DNA of 64,000 bases from Bacteroidota bacterium (GTDB lineage Bacteria > Bacteroidota > Ignavibacteria > Ignavibacteriales > Ignavibacteriaceae): the NCBI GenBank assembly GCA_023475265.1, contig JAMCWE010000185.1, positions 37,490-101,489 on the forward strand, given 5' to 3'. The notes under the pieces were generated by a model. The model was given only the letters and a program-made list of their open reading frames with translations. It ran no database searches and was not told where the DNA came from. The translations under genes were made by a program, and so were the position numbers. Each line of letters starts with the position of its first letter. Positions within the stretch are counted from its first letter, which is position 1. Positions 27,870-38,216 of the stretch are shown here, piece after piece.

Positions 27870-29099
27870 TTATAAATGCAGCCGAATATTCAACTTATTA
27901 AACAGCGAAGTAAGGGCAAGCATTATCAATGAAAATATCAGCGACCTTATAATGCCGATTACTCCATAGCCAAAATATTCTGACAAAATATTTATTCCGA
28001 AGATCCAAAGAATAGAATAAAAAATATCCGGCAGCAAATATGCTAGTAATGGATTAGTCCCCGCCGGTTTTAAAAACTTTGCCCAGCTCAATTTATTTTT
28101 TATGTCAACAAACCAATAAAGAAAAGCATAAATTATTGAACAGATTGCAGCCGAATAAAGCGACCAGGTAGGTGTTGCGTAGATTTTAGAAATGCCATAA
28201 AGCGGACGAAGAAAAAATCCAACCACAAACATCATTACAGCAAAAATAAATATCCAAATAATTTTTTCATTTGAAGTTTTTGCCGGAGAATTTTCCAGGA
28301 AGAGCAAAGAAACTATTATTCCGGATAATGCTATTGCCGTGTGTGCGCCGATATGGCCGCCTAACCAAAAATAATCTCTTATGTTTTGTGAATAAAAATT
28401 TCCTAAAGCCCCGGACTTATCTCCAATATAAAGAGTAATAAAAATAACGAACATTCCAATTATACCGGCTGAATGTTTTCTAAAAATTATATAGACTGCA
28501 CTTGAGAAAAAGTATGCCCAGCCGATCAAACCAAGAATGCCCCACCATTTAGTTTGGAACCATCCTAAATTATTTGGCTGACCGCTTCTAAATATTACAG
28601 CAAGGTAAATCAATAAAACAATTCCGAGAACTTTAAGTGATGAATAAATAATTTTATTCCTCCCTTCGGATTTTGGGTATTGATTCCAAGTTAGAATGGC
28701 TCCGATAAAAACAAGCAGCATCCAAACAGAATGACTCATTCCTACAACTGAAGAATTTAAGCTTGAAATATTCACCATCATTATTCCAAGAATTAATAAT
28801 CCTGCCGTGCGAATCAAAATATGTTTCCAAATTTGAATTATCTTTTCACCGTTAGCTATTCTTTTATTAATTGAAAATGGAATTGACATCCCGACTATAA
28901 ATAAGAAAGCAGGGAAAACAACATCGACAAACGTCATACCATCAGCATTCTCGGGCATGTGTTCCATCCACCAGGGAATTCCTTTTACAGACGCGAGATC
29001 GTTAACAAATATCATTACGAAGATTGTTAATCCCCTTAAAACATCAATAGATTCAATGCGATTTTTCTTTGGAATATTTAAAGCGGAATCTTTTGTCAT
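27870..29099 (-). CDS. Multi-pass membrane acyltransferase-like protein (DUF5009 / heparan-alpha-glucosaminide N-acetyltransferase-like)
   Basis: 409-aa ORF. N-terminal RIESIDVLRGLTIFVMIFVN motif typical of this family, followed by about 10 TM segments. Confidence 0.65.
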   Translation of the reverse strand: MTKDSALNIPKKNRIESIDVLRGLTIFVMIFVNDLASVKGIPWWMEHMPENADGMTFVDVVFPAFLFIVGMSIPFSINKRIANGEKIIQIWKHILIRTAGLLILGIMMVNISSLNSSVVGMSHSVWMLLVFIGAILTWNQYPKSEGRNKIIYSSLKVLGIVLLIYLAVIFRSGQPNNLGWFQTKWWGILGLIGWAYFFSSAVYIIFRKHSAGIIGMFVIFITLYIGDKSGALGNFYSQNIRDYFWLGGHIGAHTAIALSGIIVSLLFLENSPAKTSNEKIIWIFIFAVMMFVVGFFLRPLYGISKIYATPTWSLYSAAICSIIYAFLYWFVDIKNKLSWAKFLKPAGTNPLLAYLLPDIFYSILWIFGINILSEYFGYGVIGIIRSLIFSLIMLALTSLFNKLNIRLHL

Positions 29100-29352
29100 T
29101 CTTGCCTCAGATTTAGTTTGTAAATCCTTAGATTAAGTCATCGATTGGAAACTTAAATAAAATAATAATTCCGCAAAAATAAATTTTGGAATGATTTTTT
29201 ATTTAAAATATCTCTTGCCTTTTGAATTTAATTTTATAATGGAAAGGATAGATGAAGTACACCGCATCAAATTGGTTTGCAAACATTGTATAAATGTTAA
29301 TGAGGGAAGGGAAATAAAATTTGGAAATATTGTTTCAGATTAATTCTTTAAA

Positions 29353-29967
29353 TTATTTTGATCTTTGATATTTGCCCATTAAATGGCCCTCTGAAATTAT
29401 GTGCCCTTCCATTGCTTTTAATAGCTGCTGCTTAGTTACACCGGATTCAACATGATGAAGAATTGTGTTTAAAGCGTACAGCTTAAAAAAGTAACGATGA
29501 GCTTTTCCTGAAGGCGGGCAAGGGCCGCCATATCCAATTCTTCCGAAACCGTTTGTGCCAAGCATAACTTCTTCCGGAATGTTTCTAGATGGCGTTACAT
29601 CTTCATGAAGCTCTTTGACATTCCCGGGAATGTTATAAATAATCCAATGCACAAAGTCACCGGCAGGTGCGTCAGGATCATCAACGATTAGCGCAAATGA
29701 TTTTACATCTTTAGGAACTTCGTTCCAATGTAGCTGAGGAGATGTGTTGGCTCCCTCGCATGTGTACTTGGAAGGAATAAATCCACCTTCCTTAAATGCA
29801 GAGCTATAAATTTTTATTTCCATTTTTTTATCTTTTAATTTTGTTTGAGAATAGATTTCGTTTACGGAGGAGATTGTAAATATTAGAAAGGTGAAAGTTA
29901 AAAGGAAAATTTTTATTTCATTAAAGAATAAAGATATTTGAAATGTGTGATGAAAAAATCTAAGCAT
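29353..29967 (-). CDS. YbhB/YbcL family Raf-kinase-inhibitor-like (PEBP) protein
   Basis: DDPDAPAGDFVHW and GYGGPCPPSGKAHRYFFKLYAL motifs. The N-terminal hydrophobic leader may be a signal peptide; the true start is uncertain. Confidence 0.85.
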   Translation of the reverse strand: MLRFFHHTFQISLFFNEIKIFLLTFTFLIFTISSVNEIYSQTKLKDKKMEIKIYSSAFKEGGFIPSKYTCEGANTSPQLHWNEVPKDVKSFALIVDDPDAPAGDFVHWIIYNIPGNVKELHEDVTPSRNIPEEVMLGTNGFGRIGYGGPCPPSGKAHRYFFKLYALNTILHHVESGVTKQQLLKAMEGHIISEGHLMGKYQRSK

Positions 29968-30208
29968 AAAACTACCTTAGAATTTATAATTAAATTTAAT
30001 CGATTAACATTTATAATTCCACACACAAATAAATAATTCAATTAAATATTTAGCTTTAGTTAAAATTGCTCTTATTTATTTCAGATCATTTTGATATTCT
30101 GATCAAATATTTATATTTGTTTTGCGGTTCATTCGACGATTAATTTTAATAAATTCTGAAGCGTTAAAAGATAGACAAAATTTTCAAAACTTATATTGGA
30201 TAGTTGAA

Positions 30209-30322
30209 ATGGAAACACCCGTAATTTTAATTTTAGTTGGAGTATTTACAGTTGTAGCTATTGCTCAAATAGTTACGTTGAAAAGTTATCTTAAGCATAG
30301 AAGAGAAGAGTTTAAGAAATAA
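30209..30322 (+). CDS. Possible 37-aa single-TM small protein
   Basis: METPVILILVGVFTVVAIAQIVTLKSYLKHRREEFKK: one TM helix plus a basic tail. No other support. Confidence 0.25.
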   Translation: METPVILILVGVFTVVAIAQIVTLKSYLKHRREEFKK

Positions 30323-30592
30323 AATTTCTTCGGAATAAATTCCAAATAATTATTTTGTACCTGTTTTACAATTTCTAATCCCTTCATTTTAGTTGATTAT
30401 AAAAGCTTTAACCAATAAGTTTATTGTAATATTAGATTATTTTTTTGATTTCATTAGAAACTCAAATTTCTTATCGAAAAGCTGCTTGATTTTTTAATAT
30501 AAATTTATTCTTTAAACATTTTCAAACTAATATGAATAAATTGCGTCTAAACTTTTTAATGAATAAAAATCTGTTTCAATTTTGAGGCAAAT

Positions 30593-31243
30593 ATGAAAAC
30601 CAAATTGCTGTTTGTACTTTTATTAATTTTAATTTTTAGTTCCGTCAATAGCATAGCACAAAAGAAAAAGATAAAAGCTACTTCTGATCCTTTAGTAGGG
30701 AAATGGGAAACGGTTCATAATCCGTTAGAAACCTCCAGCTTAATTTTAGATTTTCGAAAAAATAAAACATTCAGCTACTTGCTTGAATCAAATTGGACCG
30801 GCAAATATAAACTTGACGGAACAAAATTAATTACTTTCACTTCTATTCCGATACTTAATAAAATAAAGACTGATACATCTACGGTACTGATTTATTCGGA
30901 TACATTAGTTCAAATAAGCAAGGTAAAAGGCAAAGATGTAACAAGTAAAATGGTTCGCCAAAAGAGAGTTCCTACGATGGGCGCCGGCATTATCGGAACT
31001 TGGGTAATGCATGATCCGGAAGCTGAACATTCTACAATAGATTTTAATTCTGATGGGACTTTTCATATTAAAAATATTCTCAAAACATTTAAAGGAAATT
31101 ATATAACTAAAAAAGATACCGTAACAGTTTTTTCATACGGCATGCAAATGATGAAGAATAGATTCGTACTTGAGAGAGGGCAACTTTGGCTTTATGGCCA
31201 CAATCAAAGCGCACCGATTAAATTGGAAAAGTCAAAAAAATAA
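30593..31243 (+). CDS. Secreted lipocalin-like hypothetical protein (paralogue of 45986..46642)
   Basis: Signal peptide, then two repeats of a G.W....(F..D.TF)...G.Y pattern (LVGKWETV...FRKNKTFSY..TGKYKLDG; IIGTWVMH...FNSDGTFHI..KGNYITKKD). Confidence 0.55.
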   Translation: MKTKLLFVLLLILIFSSVNSIAQKKKIKATSDPLVGKWETVHNPLETSSLILDFRKNKTFSYLLESNWTGKYKLDGTKLITFTSIPILNKIKTDTSTVLIYSDTLVQISKVKGKDVTSKMVRQKRVPTMGAGIIGTWVMHDPEAEHSTIDFNSDGTFHIKNILKTFKGNYITKKDTVTVFSYGMQMMKNRFVLERGQLWLYGHNQSAPIKLEKSKK

Positions 31244-31346
31244 TTCAGTTTATTTATGAACTTTGCAATAAAAAATTTATCAGCTCAATTGTTTTATTAT
31301 TAATTTGTTTCCATGAATTAAATTCATTCTAAAAATAAATTGTGAA

Positions 31347-32663
31347 TTGGTGGAAGAAAATAATTATTCAAATGAACAAACAACAAAACCTCATCAACAA
31401 ACAAAATTGTCAAGGGGACTTTCAAATTTATTTGGGAAGAAAATAAATTTTAAACAAACGTTTTCCGCACTTCAATTTCCAAACTACAAACTATGGTTTA
31501 TCGGACAAATTATTTCATTGTTCGGAACGTGGATGCAAACAACCGCCGAAGGTTATTTAGTTTTCGAGCTTACTCACTCTCCGCTTTATCTTGGCTATGT
31601 AGGATTTGCTGCCGGAATACCAGCATGGTTGTTTATGTTTTATGGCGGAGTTGTTGCCGATAGAAATTCACGGAGAACTATTCTTATCTTAACTCAAGCT
31701 TTGATGATGCTATTGGCATTTATACTTGCTTCTTTAACATTCTTTAAAATTGTTCAAGCTTGGCATATAATTTTATTAGCATTTTTTCTTGGGTTAGCAA
31801 ACGCCTTTGATGCACCGGCACGGCAAGCTTTCTTACTTGAACTTGTGGACAAAGAAAAAATAATAAATGCTATTGCATTGAACTCAACTATGCTCAACTC
31901 CGCTCGTATTTTTGGTCCCGCGGCTGCTGGACTTATCTATGCAGCTTTTGGTCCCGCCTGGTGTTTCGCTTTAAATGGCTTGTCATTTGTCGGTGTTATT
32001 ATCGCATTGTTTAAAATGGACATCAATCCCATTATAAAAATTGAAAATGGAAAATCAATTGTTACAGAATTGAAAGAAGGAATCAAATATTCAATTACAC
32101 ATCCGATGATTAGAAATTTAATCATTTTAGTTTCAGCGATAAATCTTTTTGGAATTTCTTTCGTGACATTAATTCCGGACTGGGCTGTAAAAATTCTTCA
32201 TGGCGATGCAACAACAAACGGAATTATGCAATCTGCTAGAGGCGTTGGCGCTTTGCTTACTGCTCTTATGATTGCTTCACTGGGAGGTTCGAAATATATT
32301 TATCGACTTTTGGCAATAGGAATTTTTTCGTTCCCAATCTCTTTAATAATTTTTGCAATTTTTCATCAAATGGCTATTACATTTTTCGCATTATTCTGGA
32401 CTGGCGTTGGAATTATATTAATTTTTAATTTATCGAATGGGATTATACAAAATCTTGTAAGCGATGATTTAAGAGGACGAGTAATGAGCGTTTATTCATT
32501 TACTTCATTTGGATTTCTGCCAATCGGAGCTTTGATTATTGGAATTTTAGCGGAACATTTTGGTGAATCAAATTCTGTTTTAATCTGTGCGTTTATTACT
32601 ATTATTTTTTCTTTCCTAACCTGGAATTCTATGAGAAAAATAAAAAGCTTAAATGTTTTATAA
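31347..32663 (+). CDS. MFS transporter (EntS/MFS_3-like)
   Basis: 438-aa ORF with about 12 TM segments. GGVVADRNSRR motif between TM2 and TM3. Confidence 0.85.
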   Translation: MVEENNYSNEQTTKPHQQTKLSRGLSNLFGKKINFKQTFSALQFPNYKLWFIGQIISLFGTWMQTTAEGYLVFELTHSPLYLGYVGFAAGIPAWLFMFYGGVVADRNSRRTILILTQALMMLLAFILASLTFFKIVQAWHIILLAFFLGLANAFDAPARQAFLLELVDKEKIINAIALNSTMLNSARIFGPAAAGLIYAAFGPAWCFALNGLSFVGVIIALFKMDINPIIKIENGKSIVTELKEGIKYSITHPMIRNLIILVSAINLFGISFVTLIPDWAVKILHGDATTNGIMQSARGVGALLTALMIASLGGSKYIYRLLAIGIFSFPISLIIFAIFHQMAITFFALFWTGVGIILIFNLSNGIIQNLVSDDLRGRVMSVYSFTSFGFLPIGALIIGILAEHFGESNSVLICAFITIIFSFLTWNSMRKIKSLNVL

Positions 32664-32713
32664 AAAAAATATCAAAAAAGTTTCTTACGAATATCGAGCA
32701 ATCATATCTGAAG

Positions 32714-33274
32714 CTATTTATTCTTATTAACTTTTTCTAATGATGGAATATCAAATTTTTCGCCGAGTCGTCCGAGAGCATCCATATCTATTTTCCCAAC
32801 AATATTTATAAATGATGATTGGCCATCCTTTTGTAACGAAGTAACTACCAATCCGACGATTTCATTTTGATCAGCAGAAGTTTTTATATAAACATTTGTA
32901 TTCTCTTTGGGGCTTTTTACTTTAACAATTCTATTCCAGTTTTTGCTCATTAATGTATTATCTAATTGATCTACTTTTTTCAGCAGTTCTTTTGTGTCTT
33001 TTGAATCAACATCAAACGAATAAACTTTAATCAGTTTTAATCCACTCAACATTTGAGATAATTCAGGTTCATCTTTTGCAGTAATGTTGCTAACCATTTT
33101 TAGCAGATAACTTTCTAAGTCAATTTCAGTTACCTTATCGGTTTTCATAAAATGTGAAAGACTGCTGAAGTCAACAAAGCCGGGGTATTTGCTTAAATCC
33201 TCTTTATCTTGCGCAAATATGTTCAGTGATGCTGCAAAAATTATTACAAAAAATATTTTGATAATGTTTTTCAT
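32714..33274 (-). CDS. DUF4252-like secreted protein
   Basis: 186-aa ORF with a signal peptide. It occupies the third position of the ECF sigma/anti-sigma/DUF4252 arrangement common in Bacteroidota. The call rests on context more than on motifs. Confidence 0.55.
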   Translation of the reverse strand: MKNIIKIFFVIIFAASLNIFAQDKEDLSKYPGFVDFSSLSHFMKTDKVTEIDLESYLLKMVSNITAKDEPELSQMLSGLKLIKVYSFDVDSKDTKELLKKVDQLDNTLMSKNWNRIVKVKSPKENTNVYIKTSADQNEIVGLVVTSLQKDGQSSFINIVGKIDMDALGRLGEKFDIPSLEKVNKNK

Positions 33275-33276
33275 TT

Positions 33277-33816
33277 TTATCCTCCTTTGAAAAGATTATT
33301 TACAGTTTCTAAACTTTTATGAAACGGCGGCGTTACTTGTTTAATTATTATTTCTTCTGTTAACGAATTTCCATTTCGCTTAAGTATTTGTCCGATTAAT
33401 GCAAGCGACTGTTTAACTTGTCTTTCTGCAATTTCAGCTTGTACTTTTGAAAAAGTTTTTTCTATCGGTCTATTTTGGTATATAATAATTCCGATAATAG
33501 CCGCAACAATTACAAACGAAGCTGCCGCAATGATCGGTTTTCTTAAAAATAATTCGGCGAACCTATGGGCTTTTTCTCTATTTTCATTAGGAACTTTTTT
33601 AGTTATAGTTTTAGTTATAAATTCCGGGCATTTTAAATTGTTAAATGAATGAATCGCATTGGCTGTTTGTTTATATTCATTTAAAAGTTTTTTTACTTCC
33701 GGCTTTGTTAAAGAATAGAAGTAGATTCTAATCTTGTCAATCATTCCAGCATCACCATAAGCAGTTGAAATGATTTTCTCTAATATCTTTTCATCAATTG
33801 GATTCGATGATTTCAT
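33277..33816 (-). CDS. Putative single-pass anti-sigma factor
   Basis: 179-aa ORF with one central TM helix (IIAAASFVIVAAIIGIIIY). Overlaps the ECF sigma gene by 23 nt. Confidence 0.55.
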   Translation of the reverse strand: MKSSNPIDEKILEKIISTAYGDAGMIDKIRIYFYSLTKPEVKKLLNEYKQTANAIHSFNNLKCPEFITKTITKKVPNENREKAHRFAELFLRKPIIAAASFVIVAAIIGIIIYQNRPIEKTFSKVQAEIAERQVKQSLALIGQILKRNGNSLTEEIIIKQVTPPFHKSLETVNNLFKGG

Positions 33817-34339
33817 TTTTGAATTCCTTTAATTCTTCCTGAAGTGATTTCCTAGCCCGCAGCAAATATACTTTTACACTGTTAATTGGGATGTTCAATT
33901 CGCTGCTAATTTCTCTGTATTTAAATCCTTGCAGTTCATACATGACAAATATTTTTTTAAATGTTTCCGGAAGCTTATTTACTGATTCAACAATTTTAGT
34001 TTTTAATAATTCACGCCGAACACCGATTTCAGGGTCACTTAAATTAGCAGGAGCTTGAATCATAATCTCTTCCTCATTATCAATTGAAATTTCTCTATTA
34101 AAGTTTTTCTGTCGCCTTCTTAGATAATCAATACATAAATTATGAGTTGTTTTCATTATCCAGGATTTAGCTGCTTTAATTTCGAAGTTGTCAAAATTAT
34201 TCCAGATTCTTATCAAAACTTCTTGTGTTACATCATCAGCATCCAAACGGTTCTTCAACATAAAATAAGAATAACTATAAATTCTGTTTTTATGCTGATT
34301 GATCAGAAGTTTATATCTAAGAATTTTTAACATCTTCAC
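33794..34339 (-). CDS. ECF-type RNA polymerase sigma-70 family factor
   Basis: Region 2: DADDVTQEVLIRIWNN...W.MKTTHNLCIDYLRRR. Region 4: YELQGFKYREISSELNIPINSVKVYLLRARKSL. Confidence 0.85.
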   Translation of the reverse strand: MKMLKILRYKLLINQHKNRIYSYSYFMLKNRLDADDVTQEVLIRIWNNFDNFEIKAAKSWIMKTTHNLCIDYLRRRQKNFNREISIDNEEEIMIQAPANLSDPEIGVRRELLKTKIVESVNKLPETFKKIFVMYELQGFKYREISSELNIPINSVKVYLLRARKSLQEELKEFKNEIIESN

Positions 34340-34586
34340 CTTAATGACGAACTGAAAAAAGAAATTGTTACAATTATTAATATTTTTATTGGATTAATAT
34401 AACATTAACATTTTGACTGAAGAATTTTCGAGACCGTATAATTTACGAATAAGATACGTTTGATAAACTTTTATCTTCTCTTATTTAATCCAAAATTTTT
34501 ATAAAGATTTATCCAAACCATTGAATTGATTGTACAGTCTTTAAATAATAACTTAGTTTTAATTTAAAATTATTTTTCATTTTAAG

Positions 34587-35951
34587 ATGATCAAATTTCT
34601 ACCACTCGGCGGTGCTGGCGAGATTGGCGCCAATTGCTTTTACCTAAATATTTCAGGTACAGGAATTATTCTTGATTGCGGAATGCATCCTCAAAGAATT
34701 GGAATGGAATCTCTTCCGGATCTAGATTTGATCAAAGACTTGCCGGTTGATTATGTATTAATTTCACACGCTCATCAAGATCATCTAGGAGCCCTTCCTT
34801 ATCTCGTTCAAAAGCATCCGTATATAAAAATATTATCAACTCCTCAGACACGAGCATTAGCTGAATTAACGCTGCATAATTCGGTGGCAATACTCAAAGA
34901 ACAATTGGCGGAAGAAGACAAATTTAAAATTTATACTCATGAAGAAATTGATCTATTAATAAGATCAATTGAATATAAAGCATATAATGAAAATTTTAAT
35001 TTAAATGGTTACGGACATAGAAGTAAAGATCCTGTGTCTGTAAATTTTTACGATGCGGGACACATTCTTGGCTCGGCGGGAATTTTGTTGGAACATAATA
35101 ATGAAAAAATATTTTATACCGGCGATATAAATTTAGGAAACCAGGAACTTCTCCCCGGCTCAACTCTTCCGGACGTTAAAGTTGATGTACTTATTTTGGA
35201 AACGACTTACGGAGACACTGATTCTTCAACTATTCTCAACTGGAAAGAGGAAGCCTTGCGCCTTGCTTTTTCTATAAATAAAATATTAAACTCCGGCGGT
35301 TCGGTATTGATCCCGGTTTTTTCATTAGGAAAGATGCAGGAAATTATAGCTACTCTTTGGAATTTAATGAAAGCAGGAAAGCTTACACAAACTGATATTT
35401 ACACCGGAGGAATTGCTGATAAAATCAGCCGGGTTTATGATTACAACCGTTACGTTGTTAATAGAATTGATCCGGAATTCGAAATAAATTCTATTCCTCA
35501 AAAAGATCTTTATGAAGTTGACCAGCCGGAAAAATTTTTTAAAAATCCTTGTATTGTACTTGCGCCAAGCGGGATGATGATAGAAGGAACTGCTTCATTT
35601 AAACTTGCGAGAAGATGGCTAAAACAAAGTAACTCAGCCGTCTTTACGGTTGGATATATGGAAGAAAATACTCCCGGTTATATTTTTGCTAATTCGAAAA
35701 AAGGAAATAAAATAAAATTAAATGAAATTATTGAGGAAGAAGAAGTTAAGTGCACAATAGAACAGTTTAGATTTTCTTCACACTCAAAAAGAGAAGAATT
35801 GCTTAAAATTGTAGAGAAGTTGAAACCGGAGAAAGTAATCTTAGTTCATGGAAGCCCCAATGGCATTGACTGGATCGGCGCTTCGATATTAAAAAAATTT
35901 AAAGGTACAAAAGTATTTATTGCAAGGTTGGGTAAAGAAATACTAATATAA
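34587..35951 (+). CDS. Metallo-beta-lactamase-fold beta-CASP family hydrolase (RNA-metabolising type)
   Basis: HAHQDHLGALP (HxHxDH). DAGHILGSA. ETTYG. C-terminal SSHS...LVHG motifs. Confidence 0.85.
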   Translation: MIKFLPLGGAGEIGANCFYLNISGTGIILDCGMHPQRIGMESLPDLDLIKDLPVDYVLISHAHQDHLGALPYLVQKHPYIKILSTPQTRALAELTLHNSVAILKEQLAEEDKFKIYTHEEIDLLIRSIEYKAYNENFNLNGYGHRSKDPVSVNFYDAGHILGSAGILLEHNNEKIFYTGDINLGNQELLPGSTLPDVKVDVLILETTYGDTDSSTILNWKEEALRLAFSINKILNSGGSVLIPVFSLGKMQEIIATLWNLMKAGKLTQTDIYTGGIADKISRVYDYNRYVVNRIDPEFEINSIPQKDLYEVDQPEKFFKNPCIVLAPSGMMIEGTASFKLARRWLKQSNSAVFTVGYMEENTPGYIFANSKKGNKIKLNEIIEEEEVKCTIEQFRFSSHSKREELLKIVEKLKPEKVILVHGSPNGIDWIGASILKKFKGTKVFIARLGKEILI

Positions 35952-36030
35952 AAGCTATGGATTTAAATCGGTATACCAAATTATAGAGATTATCTGGAAA
36001 TATATTTCTAAATAATTATTAATTGAATTT

Positions 36031-36795
36031 ATGAGAAAGTATAATTGGAATTCTAATTTATATGACAAAAAGCATTCGTATGTTTTTAAATTCGGGGAAG
36101 ATGTTGTTAAACTTTTGGCTCCCAAATCAAATGAAAGAATTTTAGATCTTGGCTGCGGAACAGGATATCTTACAAAACTCATTTCTCAAAGCGGCGCAAA
36201 AATAATTGGCATAGACAGCTCGGAAGAAATGATTAAACAGGCAAAACAAAAATATCCTACACTTAATTTTGAAATTAAAGATGCAACTAACTTTTCTTTT
36301 AAAAGTAAACTTGATGCAGTATTTTCTAATGCCGTACTTCACTGGATACCGGAAAAAGAAAAGGTAGTAAGCTGCATATCAAATGCGTTAAAACCCGGTG
36401 GACGATTTGCAGCAGAGTTCGGCGGAAAAAATAACGTTCAGAATATTTTAAGAGCAATTAATAAAATTTTAACTTCAAACGGGTATCCACAAAATGTAAA
36501 TAAAGTAAATTGGTATTTCCCTTCTATTGGTGAATATTCAATGCTATTAGAAAAATACGGATTCGATGTAAAGTTTGCTTCTCATTTCAATAGAGACACT
36601 TTTCTTGAAGAAGGTGTTGATATTACAAGCTGGTTGGAGATGTTCGGCAAAGAATTTTTTGAAGGTATTGATTCTAAGAAAAAAAGTGAACTTCAGAAAT
36701 TGATTGTAAAAGAATTGAAGCCTACGAATTTTTTGAAAGGTAAATGGTTTGTAGATTATAAGCGTATTCGAGTTTTGGCGGTGAAGGAAGGTTAA
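36031..36795 (+). CDS. Class I SAM-dependent methyltransferase (Tam-like)
   Basis: ILDLGCGTGYLT motif I. DAVFSNAVLHWI. LKPGGRF. Confidence 0.85.
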   Translation: MRKYNWNSNLYDKKHSYVFKFGEDVVKLLAPKSNERILDLGCGTGYLTKLISQSGAKIIGIDSSEEMIKQAKQKYPTLNFEIKDATNFSFKSKLDAVFSNAVLHWIPEKEKVVSCISNALKPGGRFAAEFGGKNNVQNILRAINKILTSNGYPQNVNKVNWYFPSIGEYSMLLEKYGFDVKFASHFNRDTFLEEGVDITSWLEMFGKEFFEGIDSKKKSELQKLIVKELKPTNFLKGKWFVDYKRIRVLAVKEG

Positions 36796-36798
36796 CGG

Positions 36799-37527
36799 AT
36801 GCCTGTTATAAATAATAGATTATTAATTCGGCAGAAAAATATTTTTCTAAAATTCACAATCATTTTTTATATCACATTAGTAACTACAGGCTGTAAAAAA
36901 AATGATGCGGTTACTAGTCCAATCTTATCAGCATATCCTATTCATAAAAATATTACAGTAACATAGTTCTGGGTTGGAGAGCCAGCTGATTCTAATAACG
37001 GCTACATCCCAAATGCTCAAAGTTCTTGGGATATAAACTGGCAATCGCATTACGGCGGTGTAGATAATCCTGATAACCGCAATGGGTATTATTCGTCTGG
37101 TTTTACTCCAAATGAAAACCCATTTTATTTCGCTTTGCCTTATGATGATTACGACAGCAGCGGAAACCGCAGACAAAGCGCATACAATCAAATATATTGG
37201 GCGAAAGAGAAAAATTGGACGACGTATGAATCAATGTGTAAAAATCGGTGGATTAAAATTACTAAAGACGGCAAATCAGTCTATGCACAATGGGAAGATT
37301 GCGGTCCCTTTTTTTATGATGATTCAAATTATGTTTTTGGAAATTCTTTACCGCGGAATCAAACTCTCAACAATAGTTCCGGTTTGGATGTTTCGCCTGC
37401 AGTTCGTGATTACCTGGGACTTTCAGGTCTAGATGTAGTTGATTGGCAGTTTGTAGATTCAAGCGATGTTCCAAACGGTGCTTGGAAAATAATTGTTACT
37501 ACGTCGCAAGTAGATTGGGGACAATAA
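36799..37527 (+). pseudogene. Lipoprotein gene (possible RlpA/DPBB-like C-terminal fold; fold assignment is a guess) interrupted by one in-frame TAG at 36964-36966
   Basis: ATG 36799 gives MPVINN...ITLVTTGC (lipobox) ...NITVT, then TAG. The same frame continues FWVGEPADSNNGYIPNAQSSWDINW...NPFYFALPYDDYD... to the stop at 37527. The track ORF 37135..37527 is only the tail, started at an internal TTG. Confidence 0.6.
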
Positions 37528-37534
37528 AAATAAA

Positions 37535-38146
37535 TTATTCAGCATTTACTTGAAATTTTTTAACCCACAATTCAAGAGTTTCCAACAGAATTTTTATTCT
37601 TTCTTTAATTGATTCATCCTTCAAATTTCCATTTGAATCAAATTTTTCCCAAGCATTTGGTACAAAAACTTCAGGTTTGTTAAACGTAAACATGTTTGTG
37701 TAGACCGCAATCTGCCTAAAATGATATTGGGCACGAGCAGTTCCCAATCCGCCGCCGGCACCCATCATCGCAAAAGGTTTTCCGTTTAACGGCGAATCTT
37801 TTGCTGGACGTGATGCCCAATCGATTGCATTCTTTAGAACGCCGGAAATTGAATAATTATATTCTGGTATAGCAATAAGAAGCGCATCGGATTCTGCAAT
37901 CTTTTTTTTGAACTCAACAACTGAATTTGATGGATTTGATTCTAAGTCGCCATTATAAAGCGTAATGTTTGCCAAAGAGTAAATTTCTAAATTCATATTT
38001 GACGGTAGAACTTCGGATGCTGCACGCAGTAAGCCTGTATTGCATGAAGCTTTTCTTAAACTTCCCGATATTCCCAACAATCTTATTTTTTTTGTTCCCA
38101 TAATATTCATGTCCTTGATTAATAAATTGACTTTTAAAAATATCAA
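37535..38146 (-). CDS. NADPH-dependent FMN reductase family oxidoreductase
   Basis: LLGISGSLRKASCNTGL. PEYNYSISGVLKNAIDW. The real start is probably the internal ATG near 38101 (MGTKKIRLLGISGS), 10 nt after AAGGA. Confidence 0.85.
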   Translation of the reverse strand: MIFLKVNLLIKDMNIMGTKKIRLLGISGSLRKASCNTGLLRAASEVLPSNMNLEIYSLANITLYNGDLESNPSNSVVEFKKKIAESDALLIAIPEYNYSISGVLKNAIDWASRPAKDSPLNGKPFAMMGAGGGLGTARAQYHFRQIAVYTNMFTFNKPEVFVPNAWEKFDSNGNLKDESIKERIKILLETLELWVKKFQVNAE

Positions 38147-38216
38147 ACCTTCTAATAAGTTCTTGTTAAGAAAATCAATTTAGATTTCTATAAGAATATA
38201 TTTTATTAAAGCTATA

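Noticed and set aside
30122-30208. Longer 66-aa version of the small ORF at 30122..30322
   Set aside because: The first 29 codons start at a non-ATG codon and have no SD. Only the distal 37-aa TM peptide looks protein-like, and even that has low confidence.
36928-37432. ORFs 36928..37191 (-) and 37082..37432 (+) overlapping the interrupted lipoprotein gene
   Set aside because: They lie in other frames or on the other strand of a region whose +1 frame (36799..37527) gives a coherent lipoprotein sequence. Neither has a motif or an SD.
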